This document shows positions 1 through 8,803 of a stretch of 64,000 nt of DNA, in pieces. The translations under genes and the position numbers were made by a program. The notes beneath the pieces are model-generated. The model had not been told where the DNA came from. It did not search any database and was given only the letters and a program-made list of their open reading frames with translations. Origin of the DNA: Promethearchaeota archaeon (GTDB taxonomy: Archaea; Asgardarchaeota; Lokiarchaeia; Sigyniarchaeales; SOKP01); NCBI GenBank assembly GCA_048940645.1, contig JBHLOI010000003.1:55498-119497 (forward strand), written 5' to 3'. Every line of letters begins with the position of its first letter. The first letter of the stretch is position 1.

Positions 1-351
1 GAACTAAAATTTGTCAAGGATTTAAAGAGAACTGCTATAATTTGTTATGATGATTGTAATCTAAAAATGGTTGCTCTGAAAATCATCAAAGAAAACATGA
101 ACCACATTATTATTACGAATAGAGAAATGGTTTTAAAAGGTATAGTAACAAGTTTTGATGTAACAAAAGCAATTGCAGAAGATAAAACAGATATTAACGA
201 AATTATAACAAAGAAGGTTATAATTACAACTGATAATGAACCTATTGAAGTTGCTGCAAGAAAAATGAAAATTAATGATATATCAGCTTTACCTGTAATT
301 GATGAAAATATGAAAGTAATTGGAATACTAACTTCAGAAGAGTTGATGTAA
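1..351 (+). CDS. CBS-pair domain protein, 5'-truncated; probably the C-terminus of an L-aspartate semialdehyde sulfurtransferase (MA1821/MJ0100-type, DUF39+CBS)
   Basis: Frame is open from base 1 (ELKFVKDLKRTAIICY...). CBS motifs GIVTSFDV and ISALPVID..GILT. Directly followed by a NIL-ferredoxin gene, as in the MA1821/MA1822 pair. The DUF39 part would lie outside the window. Confidence 0.7.
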   Translation, partial: ELKFVKDLKRTAIICYDDCNLKMVALKIIKENMNHIIITNREMVLKGIVTSFDVTKAIAEDKTDINEIITKKVIITTDNEPIEVAARKMKINDISALPVIDENMKVIGILTSEELM

Positions 352-747
352 TTGACAATTATAAATTGTACTTTACCCTTTGGGATCATAAAAGATATTG
401 ATGATTATTCAAAAATCATTAATGAAATTCTGCGATATGACATTACTTTTAACATTCTCAAATTTTCAACCATATCCACAGGCGTTAATATTCTATTAGA
501 TGTACCAGAGGATAAAATCCAAAAGATTGCAGAATCATTGAGAAAGAATAATGTTATTGTAAACAAAAAAGGAAGAATCATTATTAATGACGATAAATGC
601 ATTGATTGTGGTGCATGCATTTCTTTATGTCCAACAGAAGCACTGTTTTTAAATAAATATGCTAGATTAGAATTTTCTTATAATAAGTGCATTGGCTGTC
701 TATTATGTTTGGATTCATGTCCACGGCATGCAATTGAAGAAATGTAA
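352..747 (+). CDS. NIL-domain 2[4Fe-4S] ferredoxin (MA1822/MJ0099-like sulfurtransferase Fe-S subunit)
   Basis: N-terminal NIL motif (FNILKF); CIDCGACISLCP and CIGCLLCLDSCP; abuts the CBS gene stop. Confidence 0.8.
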   Translation: MTIINCTLPFGIIKDIDDYSKIINEILRYDITFNILKFSTISTGVNILLDVPEDKIQKIAESLRKNNVIVNKKGRIIINDDKCIDCGACISLCPTEALFLNKYARLEFSYNKCIGCLLCLDSCPRHAIEEM

Positions 748-790
748 ATTCTTGATTTAAATATTAAAAAATATTTTCTTTTTAAGAATA

Positions 791-1804
791 TTAATGTTGA
801 GTTATTATTTCAAATATTTCTTCTATACGAGGAGTTTTCCTTTTTAAGGTAATGCAGCGTTCTTCTTCACAACCTCGTAATAATGCCACCAATTCATTCA
901 GATGGATTGTGGGAATATCTAACTTTTCATGGAACCACTTATTCATCTTTTCTCTATATTCCGGTTTGTTCAAAGTATATAAACAAGTAGGACAAGGTGT
1001 TATAATAAAATCTGCTCCAACATTTTGAGCACTCTTTAGTTTATTAGCCGTTATTTTTAGTGCTTCTCGAGGATTTATTAAGAGTTGTGAGGCGCCCCAA
1101 CCACAACAGCTCTCCCTCTCTTGATAATCAACAGGCTTTCCACCAAATAAAGTGATGAGGTCTTCTAATTTAGTCTTATCTCTAAAATAATGATTAATAT
1201 TACGTTTATCCCTTGATAAATTTAAATAATGGCATCCATAGTGGATTGCAACTTTAAAATCACTTAAATCGAATTTAAATGAATTTATTAAATCATTTCT
1301 GATCAGGTATAAAAAATCTAAATCATGGATAAACCGTACTTTTGGATTTTCTAAAATATCATACATTTCAGGATATATCTCACTTTTAATATTTTTCTTT
1401 AACTGATCTAGAATTTCTTGTGTTTTTTTCTTTACTTGAGGTATTTTTAAAAACTCTCTTCCTCTTAAAAGAGAATTATAACACCCATTGCAAGAAAATA
1501 ATAAAATATCTGCTTGCTGATTAATTTCATTTAAATTTCTTTCATTTATAGCAGCAAATTGAGCTCTTGTTATTAAATTTCTTTGAAAAAAGGTTCCAGT
1601 GCAACATGATTGATTCTTACATGTAGATACTTCGAGTTGAAGACTCTCAAGTAGATCCTGAATTCCCCATCTCACTCCAGGGAAATACTTTTCTAAACAC
1701 GCTTTAAATAAACATAATTTCTTATCTTTAAAGAATTCTAAAGGATTCTCTTGAAAATTTCTTTCAACTTCCTCAATATTAAGAGCTAAATCGTAGGCTT
1801 CCAT
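791..1804 (-). CDS. hdrB: Heterodisulfide reductase subunit B-like (two CCG domains)
   Basis: SCCTG...SCNGC and HYGCH...SCCGWG...PCPTC motifs; next to an HdrC-like gene. Confidence 0.85.
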   Translation of the reverse strand: MEAYDLALNIEEVERNFQENPLEFFKDKKLCLFKACLEKYFPGVRWGIQDLLESLQLEVSTCKNQSCCTGTFFQRNLITRAQFAAINERNLNEINQQADILLFSCNGCYNSLLRGREFLKIPQVKKKTQEILDQLKKNIKSEIYPEMYDILENPKVRFIHDLDFLYLIRNDLINSFKFDLSDFKVAIHYGCHYLNLSRDKRNINHYFRDKTKLEDLITLFGGKPVDYQERESCCGWGASQLLINPREALKITANKLKSAQNVGADFIITPCPTCLYTLNKPEYREKMNKWFHEKLDIPTIHLNELVALLRGCEEERCITLKRKTPRIEEIFEIITQH

Positions 1805-1821
1805 AACTTATACACTTACAA

Positions 1822-2331
1822 TTATTTCTTCTTTTTTTTGTTTTTGCTTGCCTTAAAAACATATTTTATTCGTGCAAAATTACAAATCTCGTTTAATTCA
1901 TCAATCCTCTGTTGAGGTAATTTTTCACCCAGAGGTTCTTCCAAGACAACTCCTGTTGTTAGGAATCTCTCTGCCATTTCTACGTATTTTCTTAGATCAT
2001 TATATTTTGGTCCGAATCCTTTTTTAAATGACTCATTTCTGAGATTAATAATTAACATTGGAATATTTATATTTTCCCTCGGACACACCCGTTTACATCT
2101 TTCACATAAATAGCAATACCAAATATCAGAATCTTTTAAAACAGATTTATCTCCCCGTAAAACCTTACTAATAATTTTTCTAATATTGAAATCAGATACT
2201 TTTGCTGCAGGACAATCTCCCACACATTTTCCACAGCTAATACATTGAATGATATTTTTGTTTTCGTCTACATCTTCTACGAGTTCTTCATAAAATTCCC
2301 AATTCCACTCTGAATCTGAATATTCATCCAT
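1822..2331 (-). CDS. hdrC: Heterodisulfide reductase subunit C-like 4Fe-4S protein
   Basis: CISCGKCVGDCP and IWYCYLCERCKRVCPR; immediately upstream of hdrB. Confidence 0.85.
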   Translation of the reverse strand: MDEYSDSEWNWEFYEELVEDVDENKNIIQCISCGKCVGDCPAAKVSDFNIRKIISKVLRGDKSVLKDSDIWYCYLCERCKRVCPRENINIPMLIINLRNESFKKGFGPKYNDLRKYVEMAERFLTTGVVLEEPLGEKLPQQRIDELNEICNFARIKYVFKASKNKKKKK

Positions 2332-2611
2332 GATGTGATTTTTTATATTTTTAATATTATAAATTCTAAGAGAAAATCATAATTCATAATAAAAAAATTA
2401 TTGTATTAAGAAAAGTAATTTAATTTGTATATATATTTTAATTTCAAAAACTGGTTAATCAAATTATTAGTTAAGATAATTTAATTTCTGAAAATTGACA
2501 AAGAAGAAAATATTTATTATTTAGGAAATTTTTTTGAAAAATATCACTATAAAAAATTCCAAGTAATCACCCAAAATTAAAGCAACCTTACTATTAACTG
2601 GAGTATTACTA

Positions 2612-3304
2612 ATGGTTCTTTATAAAGATGGAAAAGTATATTTAAAGCTGGTATATTGGGGAATGGCAGGATCAGGTAAAACTACCATCCTTCAAACCCT
2701 TTACAAATTAACAAAAGAAACAAAGAAGGATATTGTTCCAATTGGAAACTTACAAATAATAGCGAGGGAAAGTGGGGCGACTTTATATTTTGATAGAGGG
2801 TTATTTCAATCAACGAAACAAAAACAGGTCTACTATAGGGTATTTACGGTTGCGGGACAAACAAGTTTTTCACCTCTTAGAATAAAACTGTTTGATAAGC
2901 CAGAAGATAAAACTGATGCTGTTATATATGTAATTGACTCTCAAACTAAATTTCTTGAAGATAACATTGAATCACTTCGAGAATTAAAAAGTGTTGCAAA
3001 TGATAAACTTATTAAAGAAATCCCTTTTATTGTAATGCTTAATAAACAGGATCTCAAAGAAATTATTGATAAAGACAATTTTATTCAAATATTAAAAAAT
3101 GAAAAACTTTGGTATGACCCTGGGAATAGTTTAAATAGATGGAATCCTATAATTTATGAGACTTGTGCTTTATATGACCAAGAAAAAGATATTTATCGCA
3201 GCTTTCATGAATGTGCTAGAAGGACTGCATTATATCAAATTTATGGAGATGGAAAGGCACCCGTGGATGAAAAAATATCTGATACGTCCATATTGACAAT
3301 TTAA
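2612..3304 (+). CDS. MglA-family small GTPase
   Basis: KLVYWGMAGSGKTT (G1), TLYFD (G2), TVAGQ (MglA-type G3), NKQD (G4). Confidence 0.88.
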   Translation: MVLYKDGKVYLKLVYWGMAGSGKTTILQTLYKLTKETKKDIVPIGNLQIIARESGATLYFDRGLFQSTKQKQVYYRVFTVAGQTSFSPLRIKLFDKPEDKTDAVIYVIDSQTKFLEDNIESLRELKSVANDKLIKEIPFIVMLNKQDLKEIIDKDNFIQILKNEKLWYDPGNSLNRWNPIIYETCALYDQEKDIYRSFHECARRTALYQIYGDGKAPVDEKISDTSILTI

Positions 3305-3335
3305 ATTATAAATTTGATAAAATAAAAATATTTAT

Positions 3336-4100
3336 TTATTTTTCCTTAATAAAAATAGCATGCATCCATCTTGGCAGCAAAAATCCCCCATAGAACTCTA
3401 TAGCGCTAATTATTAATAAAACTCTTACAATTACTACCATTATTGCTAATAAAGGATCAGTTGGATCCTCAAAAATAGTACCTAGTAAGGAGTCAAATAC
3501 AGCTGCTATTGTAAACGTAACAAATGCAGCTCGTAATAATTTTCCTTTCACTCGCACTTCTTTATCTACAGATTTTACTGATTTTTGGGAAAAAATAATT
3601 CCAGTTACAAACATTACAAGGATAACGATCACTAAATAAATAAGGATGAAATCTCCAAAATTTACTGTGAATGGTCGTGAAAGAATAAAAACGCCGATAG
3701 CATTAATATCTGTAAAGAAAAGATAAAAAAACATAACTTCAAAAGCGATGCTCAAAATAATAGTTAAAGTAATAATAACTTTCTGTTTTTTTTTGCCAAT
3801 CATATCTGTGAAAGCTGTTAACCAACTCAAAAGTGCAATAGGGATAAAACAATTCCCGATAATAAAATACCATTCTCTTGGCAAAAATACCTGAGAAATT
3901 AAATACATTATAAAACTAATGGAATCTGGGAACCAAGGGTTAGCTACACCTATCCAAGAGATTCCTACAAGGATATAAAGCCTTGATTTATATTTGAAAT
4001 ATTTTGAGAGAATGGTAAATCCAATTATAAGTGAAATCAGCACAAAAACTAAACTGAAACTTCCTTGTAAATAATCAACTACCTGCAAATTTTTCACCAA
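3336..4100 (-). CDS. Multi-pass (about 7 TM) membrane protein of unknown function
   Basis: About seven hydrophobic segments over 254 aa. Confidence 0.75.
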   Translation of the reverse strand: MVKNLQVVDYLQGSFSLVFVLISLIIGFTILSKYFKYKSRLYILVGISWIGVANPWFPDSISFIMYLISQVFLPREWYFIIGNCFIPIALLSWLTAFTDMIGKKKQKVIITLTIILSIAFEVMFFYLFFTDINAIGVFILSRPFTVNFGDFILIYLVIVILVMFVTGIIFSQKSVKSVDKEVRVKGKLLRAAFVTFTIAAVFDSLLGTIFEDPTDPLLAIMVVIVRVLLIISAIEFYGGFLLPRWMHAIFIKEK

Positions 4101-4224
4101 TTTTTAAACTTCAATAAGAAAGTTAAATTTGAATAAATAGTAATTAAATCAATAAATATATATTTCTTTTGGATTTATTCTTGATTTAGCAAAATTCAAA
4201 AAATTATTGAAAAAATAATTAAAG

Positions 4225-5298
4225 TTAGATTACTGAATAATTAAAGAGGATTGGTTGGTCTTTTAAGTCATTTAATAACAATTCTGTATGAAATAAATAT
4301 TGATTTAAAGAGATTTCTTGATTTTTATATCTTCTAATTAGTGTTTTAATTATGTAGAATGGAGAAAACTTCAAGAATCGAATATCAGAAAATAAATAGA
4401 CCATACCTTTTGCTTCAAATATAATTTTTTTATCCATCAGCTCATCAAATAGATCCTGTCGATTATTTAATAAACTTAAACAATCATTTACAGAAAGATT
4501 TGTATTTCTCAAATTTTTTATTAAAAGATATACATCTTTATCAACTAGAAAATTGATTATTGCCTTATTCTCTAACTCTTGGCTACAATTATACTTTGAA
4601 TAGAACTTAATAAATTCTTTTTTATATTTTTTTAGGACACGCTCTTCTATATTTTCCTCATCCGGAATCCTTTTGGGAGGGACTCTTGCGCATGTAAAAT
4701 CCTTGATTAAAAAATAACATTCTTTACTACCTGGAATACTCCTCTTTAAAATTAAATTTTCTCGAAGAAATGATATTAAAAGTAAATCAATATTTACTGT
4801 AGAAAATCCATATTCTTGTCTTAATAAGTTCGTTAATTCTGTTTTGGAAATTACTCCATTTCTTAATATTTGTAAAATTGTGAATTTAATTTTATCTTGG
4901 AAAAAATTTATCAAATCTTCACTTTCCAATTTGTTATAATTCTTTATTGTGTTAAATGCCTCAGAAATAGCTCTAGTCATTTTATTGGTGTTCATTAACT
5001 CAATCAGATTTTTACCAATAATAGCTAAAATATCAGGAGATATAAGATTCTGTTTCTCTATTTTACCACTCAAAACAAGAACTAAAAAATAGATTTCACT
5101 TTCGAATTCTTGCAATATAGAAATGAAATAATTATTCTGATCTTCTATTTCTATCAAAGAATTTTCTTTATCTAGTTCATGTTGAGCCCAAATTTTTAAA
5201 AATAAATCTTTTTTTGGGAATTCTTTTTCTGGGGGATATTGGATTAACGGCTCGGGTCCAGTGCTTTTATTCCAATGAACAATGATTAATCTTTCCAT
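4225..5298 (-). CDS. Longin/uDENN-like protein with C-terminal winged-helix-like regions
   Basis: N-terminal LIIVHWNKSTGPEPLIQYP matches the longin/uDENN strand-GP-strand-YP pattern; ILQILRNGVISKTELTNLL is wHTH-like. Confidence 0.65.
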   Translation of the reverse strand: MERLIIVHWNKSTGPEPLIQYPPEKEFPKKDLFLKIWAQHELDKENSLIEIEDQNNYFISILQEFESEIYFLVLVLSGKIEKQNLISPDILAIIGKNLIELMNTNKMTRAISEAFNTIKNYNKLESEDLINFFQDKIKFTILQILRNGVISKTELTNLLRQEYGFSTVNIDLLLISFLRENLILKRSIPGSKECYFLIKDFTCARVPPKRIPDEENIEERVLKKYKKEFIKFYSKYNCSQELENKAIINFLVDKDVYLLIKNLRNTNLSVNDCLSLLNNRQDLFDELMDKKIIFEAKGMVYLFSDIRFLKFSPFYIIKTLIRRYKNQEISLNQYLFHTELLLNDLKDQPILFNYSVI

Positions 5299-5443
5299 AA
5301 TTCCAATGTTTAAATATCTAAAATTAAGACCTATTGACCAATTTATAGAGAAATAATAATTTATCCAATATATTATTAAAAGTAGATTATATAATTAAGG
5401 CTATTGTTTAGCTTGAATTGAAAGTAAAGAAGATTTTTTGAAT

Positions 5444-5695
5444 TTAAAAAAATTTAGGAAAATTATACTCAATATTTTCTAATGCTTCAATAAGAAGATC
5501 ATTTATTCTATTATCATCTGAAAAATCTATTTTATTAAATACATTTTCAATCATTTGGTTTGCAAGTTGTTTATCTTTTTCTGTGGGATGATTTTTCCTA
5601 GAATTAAATAAAAATTCAAATTCTTCTTTTAACCATTCTAATTCCTCAATTAGAGAATCTTCCAAAAGATCATCATAATCCCCGCAGTAAAACAA
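5444..5695 (-). CDS. Small acidic helical hypothetical protein
   Basis: 83-aa ORF with TTG start preceded by purine-rich GGTAGGGG. Confidence 0.65.
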   Translation of the reverse strand: MFYCGDYDDLLEDSLIEELEWLKEEFEFLFNSRKNHPTEKDKQLANQMIENVFNKIDFSDDNRINDLLIEALENIEYNFPKFF

Positions 5696-5809
5696 ATAAA
5701 TACCCCTACCCTAATTATTATTTATAATATTTAAAATAATACTCTAAGAAACTAGTAGGGTCCGACTATAAATATTTTAGTTTTCCAAAAAATGAAATGA
5801 CAAAAATAT

Positions 5810-5983
5810 TTAATCATATATTTTTTTAAATTGATATCTTGTAATTGTTTTAGAAAGTTCCCAAATTGACTGAAGATCATTTGAGCTAATCGCATTCGTT
5901 AAATCTTTATATAATTTTGATAAGTATGATTGATCATATTCAATGATCTCTGTTTTACTAAATATTTTATCCTGTTTACTCAT
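5810..5983 (-). CDS. Small hypothetical protein (57 aa), not in the ORF track
   Basis: ATG...TAA, MSKQDKIFSKTEIIEYDQSYLSKLYKDLTNAISSNDLQSIWELSKTITRYQFKKIYD; same strand as neighbours and fills an intergenic gap. Confidence 0.55.
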   Translation of the reverse strand: MSKQDKIFSKTEIIEYDQSYLSKLYKDLTNAISSNDLQSIWELSKTITRYQFKKIYD

Positions 5984-6162
5984 ATAGCAAATTCAAATTG
6001 AAAAAGTAAAAAATGGGAATAATATCCCGGTAATATATGTTCGATAAAGACAGGTTTGAAGCTTTTTATTATTCAATTTTATGGTAAATTAATTCAAATG
6101 ATTTTTCAACATCAATCTTTTTCAATAACAGAAATACAATAGTACTTTATCACCAGGAAAAT

Positions 6163-7017
6163 TTAAGTAGATAAACTTTGTTCTTTTTTCTTTTTTTCCC
6201 AAAATCTGCTATAAAAATAAAATGATATAAATCCAATAATTAAAATAGCAACGATAATTAACAAGATAATATTAAAAAGGTTTGCTTGAGCCTGAAACTG
6301 AGCTGGATCAAGTGCATTAAGATCATATGGTGGTCCTGGAATTTCGCCTAAAAAGAAATCTCCAAGCCAAGCATAAAAAAAAGCTCGAGCAATCGACCCT
6401 AGAAAAGTACCTAATGAATATTTTTTTATATCCATATCTACTAATCCAGAAGCGTATGAAACGGGGTCAAAAGGAATAATAGGTATAAAACGAAAAATCA
6501 ATATGGCCCATATTCCATATTTATGAATAAAATCATCCGCCATATTAAGAGCTCTATCACCAACAAATTTTCTGGCCAATGGGCGCCCTCCCTTCCTACT
6601 AAGATAATAGCATAATAATCCTGCACCTAGTGATCCAATTATTCCCATTATAGCCCCACCGAAAGTTCCATATATTAAACCAGCTGCTATAAGTATAACT
6701 TCTGAAGGAAGAGGTACGATAATTCCTTGTATTGCCATAACTAATATAAATAAAAATATGCCTATAATTTCCAATGAAGCAATGGGATTTACTATCCACT
6801 CGACAACAAATCTATACAAAATTGTATCGTCTATGAAAATCATGTAAATTAGCAAATAAACAGTTATAGCCATTATTGCTATAAATACAATGATATAAAA
6901 GATAGTTTTCCGATCAAAATTAGAAAAATCAATGAGATTTTTAAAATATTTTTTTATTTTGGTTGAGAATGTATCTTTTTTATGGTTATTATTATCTTGA
7001 ATATTCATATCTCTCAA
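6163..7017 (-). CDS. DedA/TVP38/TMEM64 (VTT domain) membrane protein
   Basis: PLPSEVILIAAGLIYG and RFIPIIPFDPVSYASG motifs. Confidence 0.92.
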   Translation of the reverse strand: MRDMNIQDNNNHKKDTFSTKIKKYFKNLIDFSNFDRKTIFYIIVFIAIMAITVYLLIYMIFIDDTILYRFVVEWIVNPIASLEIIGIFLFILVMAIQGIIVPLPSEVILIAAGLIYGTFGGAIMGIIGSLGAGLLCYYLSRKGGRPLARKFVGDRALNMADDFIHKYGIWAILIFRFIPIIPFDPVSYASGLVDMDIKKYSLGTFLGSIARAFFYAWLGDFFLGEIPGPPYDLNALDPAQFQAQANLFNIILLIIVAILIIGFISFYFYSRFWEKKKKEQSLST

Positions 7018-7122
7018 AAATGCATGTTAAATCTTGAAGTAATATTAGTAATTTAAATTTCTATAAAAATTATTTTTTTTATTATTTCACATAGAAATAG
7101 AATTAATTCTTGGAAAGATCAT

Positions 7123-7164
7123 TTTAAAGAATGAATTTATTTATTTAAAGAATGAATTTATTTA
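7123..7164. repeat. Perfect 21-bp tandem duplication in a divergent intergenic region
   Basis: TTTAAAGAATGAATTTATTTA at 7123-7143 and 7144-7164. Confidence 0.85.
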
Positions 7165-7225
7165 TAACAATTATTAAATAGATTATTGACTAATAACAAA
7201 TAAAAATAAAAATCAATGACTTTAG

Positions 7226-8020
7226 ATGGAATTATCAAAATCTATTAAATTATTAATTATCGTTTTACTTATCTGGATAGTCCTTGCTACTTTATTCGGT
7301 TTATATGATTTGGAAATCTCTATTTCTTTAGTTAATGAACAATCAAATTGGGGTAATTTTGGAGCGGATTATGGAGAAGTTCCGGGCTATGCTTTAATTG
7401 CAATAGCACTAGCAACATGGTTAGGAAGTTACATTAAAAATGTTAAAAAGCAGAAAACCTTAATTATTTTAGCTGTTATCACTGGTGTAATTTATCTTAT
7501 ACTTGGAATTTTTGATTATGATAATACAGATATATCTCTTGGAATTAGTTTAATTATACTGCCTTTAATATATTTAATTACTACATGGAATACAGATTGG
7601 AGAAAATATAGAAAAATTGCGTCAATAATATCTATTTTGGCTATAATTAACCCTTTATTACTGGTACAATTGATAAAATTATTTTGGGGGAGAGTACGAT
7701 TTAGAGATCTTGCCATAGATTATATAAACTTCACACCGTGGTTTATTCCACGTGGGATAACGGGTAATTTTAGTTTCCCCAGTGGTCATGCAGCAATGGG
7801 GTGGATGTTTTTACCCCTTCTTATAATTGTTAAAAATAAAGAAATCAAATTTCCATTAAAATTAATATTACTTTTAGGAATAATAGGTTGGGGGATGTTT
7901 GTTGCTTTGTCCAGAGTTATTGTAGGGGCACATTATGCCTCTGATGTCCTATTTTCTTCTGCATTTGCTGCTGTTTTAACAAATTTATTATACAGAAAAA
8001 TCTACTTAAGGAAGATCTAA
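7226..8020 (+). CDS. PAP2-family membrane phosphatase
   Basis: KLFWGRVR, SFPSGH and SRVIVGAHYASD motifs with TM helices. Confidence 0.92.
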   Translation: MELSKSIKLLIIVLLIWIVLATLFGLYDLEISISLVNEQSNWGNFGADYGEVPGYALIAIALATWLGSYIKNVKKQKTLIILAVITGVIYLILGIFDYDNTDISLGISLIILPLIYLITTWNTDWRKYRKIASIISILAIINPLLLVQLIKLFWGRVRFRDLAIDYINFTPWFIPRGITGNFSFPSGHAAMGWMFLPLLIIVKNKEIKFPLKLILLLGIIGWGMFVALSRVIVGAHYASDVLFSSAFAAVLTNLLYRKIYLRKI

Positions 8021-8087
8021 TTGTGATTTTATTTTCTTTTATATTTCTTATTTAAAATGTTATCTAAATCAAAAGTGTTGGAAAAAA

Positions 8088-8750
8088 TTGGAAACCATAT
8101 TTAATAATATATATCATGTTGGCGATTCAGGTTGTTCGGTGTTTATGGTTGATACAAAAAGTGATGATGGTCTTGTATTAATTGACTGCGGAATGAGTTT
8201 TCAAATGATAAAGAGCATTCAAAATTTTAACTTAGACCCAATGGATATAAAACATTGCATTTTAACCCACTTTCATATTGATCATATCGCAGCTTGTTTT
8301 GAACTCAAAGAGTATAATACTAAAGTGAAATTCTATGCGCATGAATTAGATGCCAACGCAATAGAAGAAAAGGGCCACAATGGAAAAACAGCCGCTTCTT
8401 GGTATGGAGTCAATTATAAACCAATTCAATTAGAACGGCATTTTCAATCTGACACTGAAATTTTAAGATTTGGGGATATAGAATTCCAATGCATTCATAC
8501 TCCCGGTCATACTCCCGGCTCCATCTCTATTTTTATTGAAATTGAAGGCACTAAAGTCTTATTTGGTCAAGACATTCATGGCCCCTTTATGGCGAGTTTT
8601 GGTTCTAATCTAGTTGATTATCAAAAATCAATGCAAAAATTATTAGAATTAAAGGCTGATATTTTATGTGAAGGACATTTTGGTATTATTAAACCAGCTA
8701 GTGAAGTTGAGCGTTATATTAGAAGTTATATGGCTCAAAATCGCCCTTAA
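8088..8750 (+). CDS. Metallo-beta-lactamase-fold hydrolase (glyoxalase II-like)
   Basis: THFHIDH, HTPGHTPGS, LFGQD, EGH. Confidence 0.92.
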   Translation: METIFNNIYHVGDSGCSVFMVDTKSDDGLVLIDCGMSFQMIKSIQNFNLDPMDIKHCILTHFHIDHIAACFELKEYNTKVKFYAHELDANAIEEKGHNGKTAASWYGVNYKPIQLERHFQSDTEILRFGDIEFQCIHTPGHTPGSISIFIEIEGTKVLFGQDIHGPFMASFGSNLVDYQKSMQKLLELKADILCEGHFGIIKPASEVERYIRSYMAQNRP

Positions 8751-8803
8751 TTTCTAATGAAAATCAATTTTTTTTATAAAAGTTAAATATTAAGAGGAAT
8801 TAA

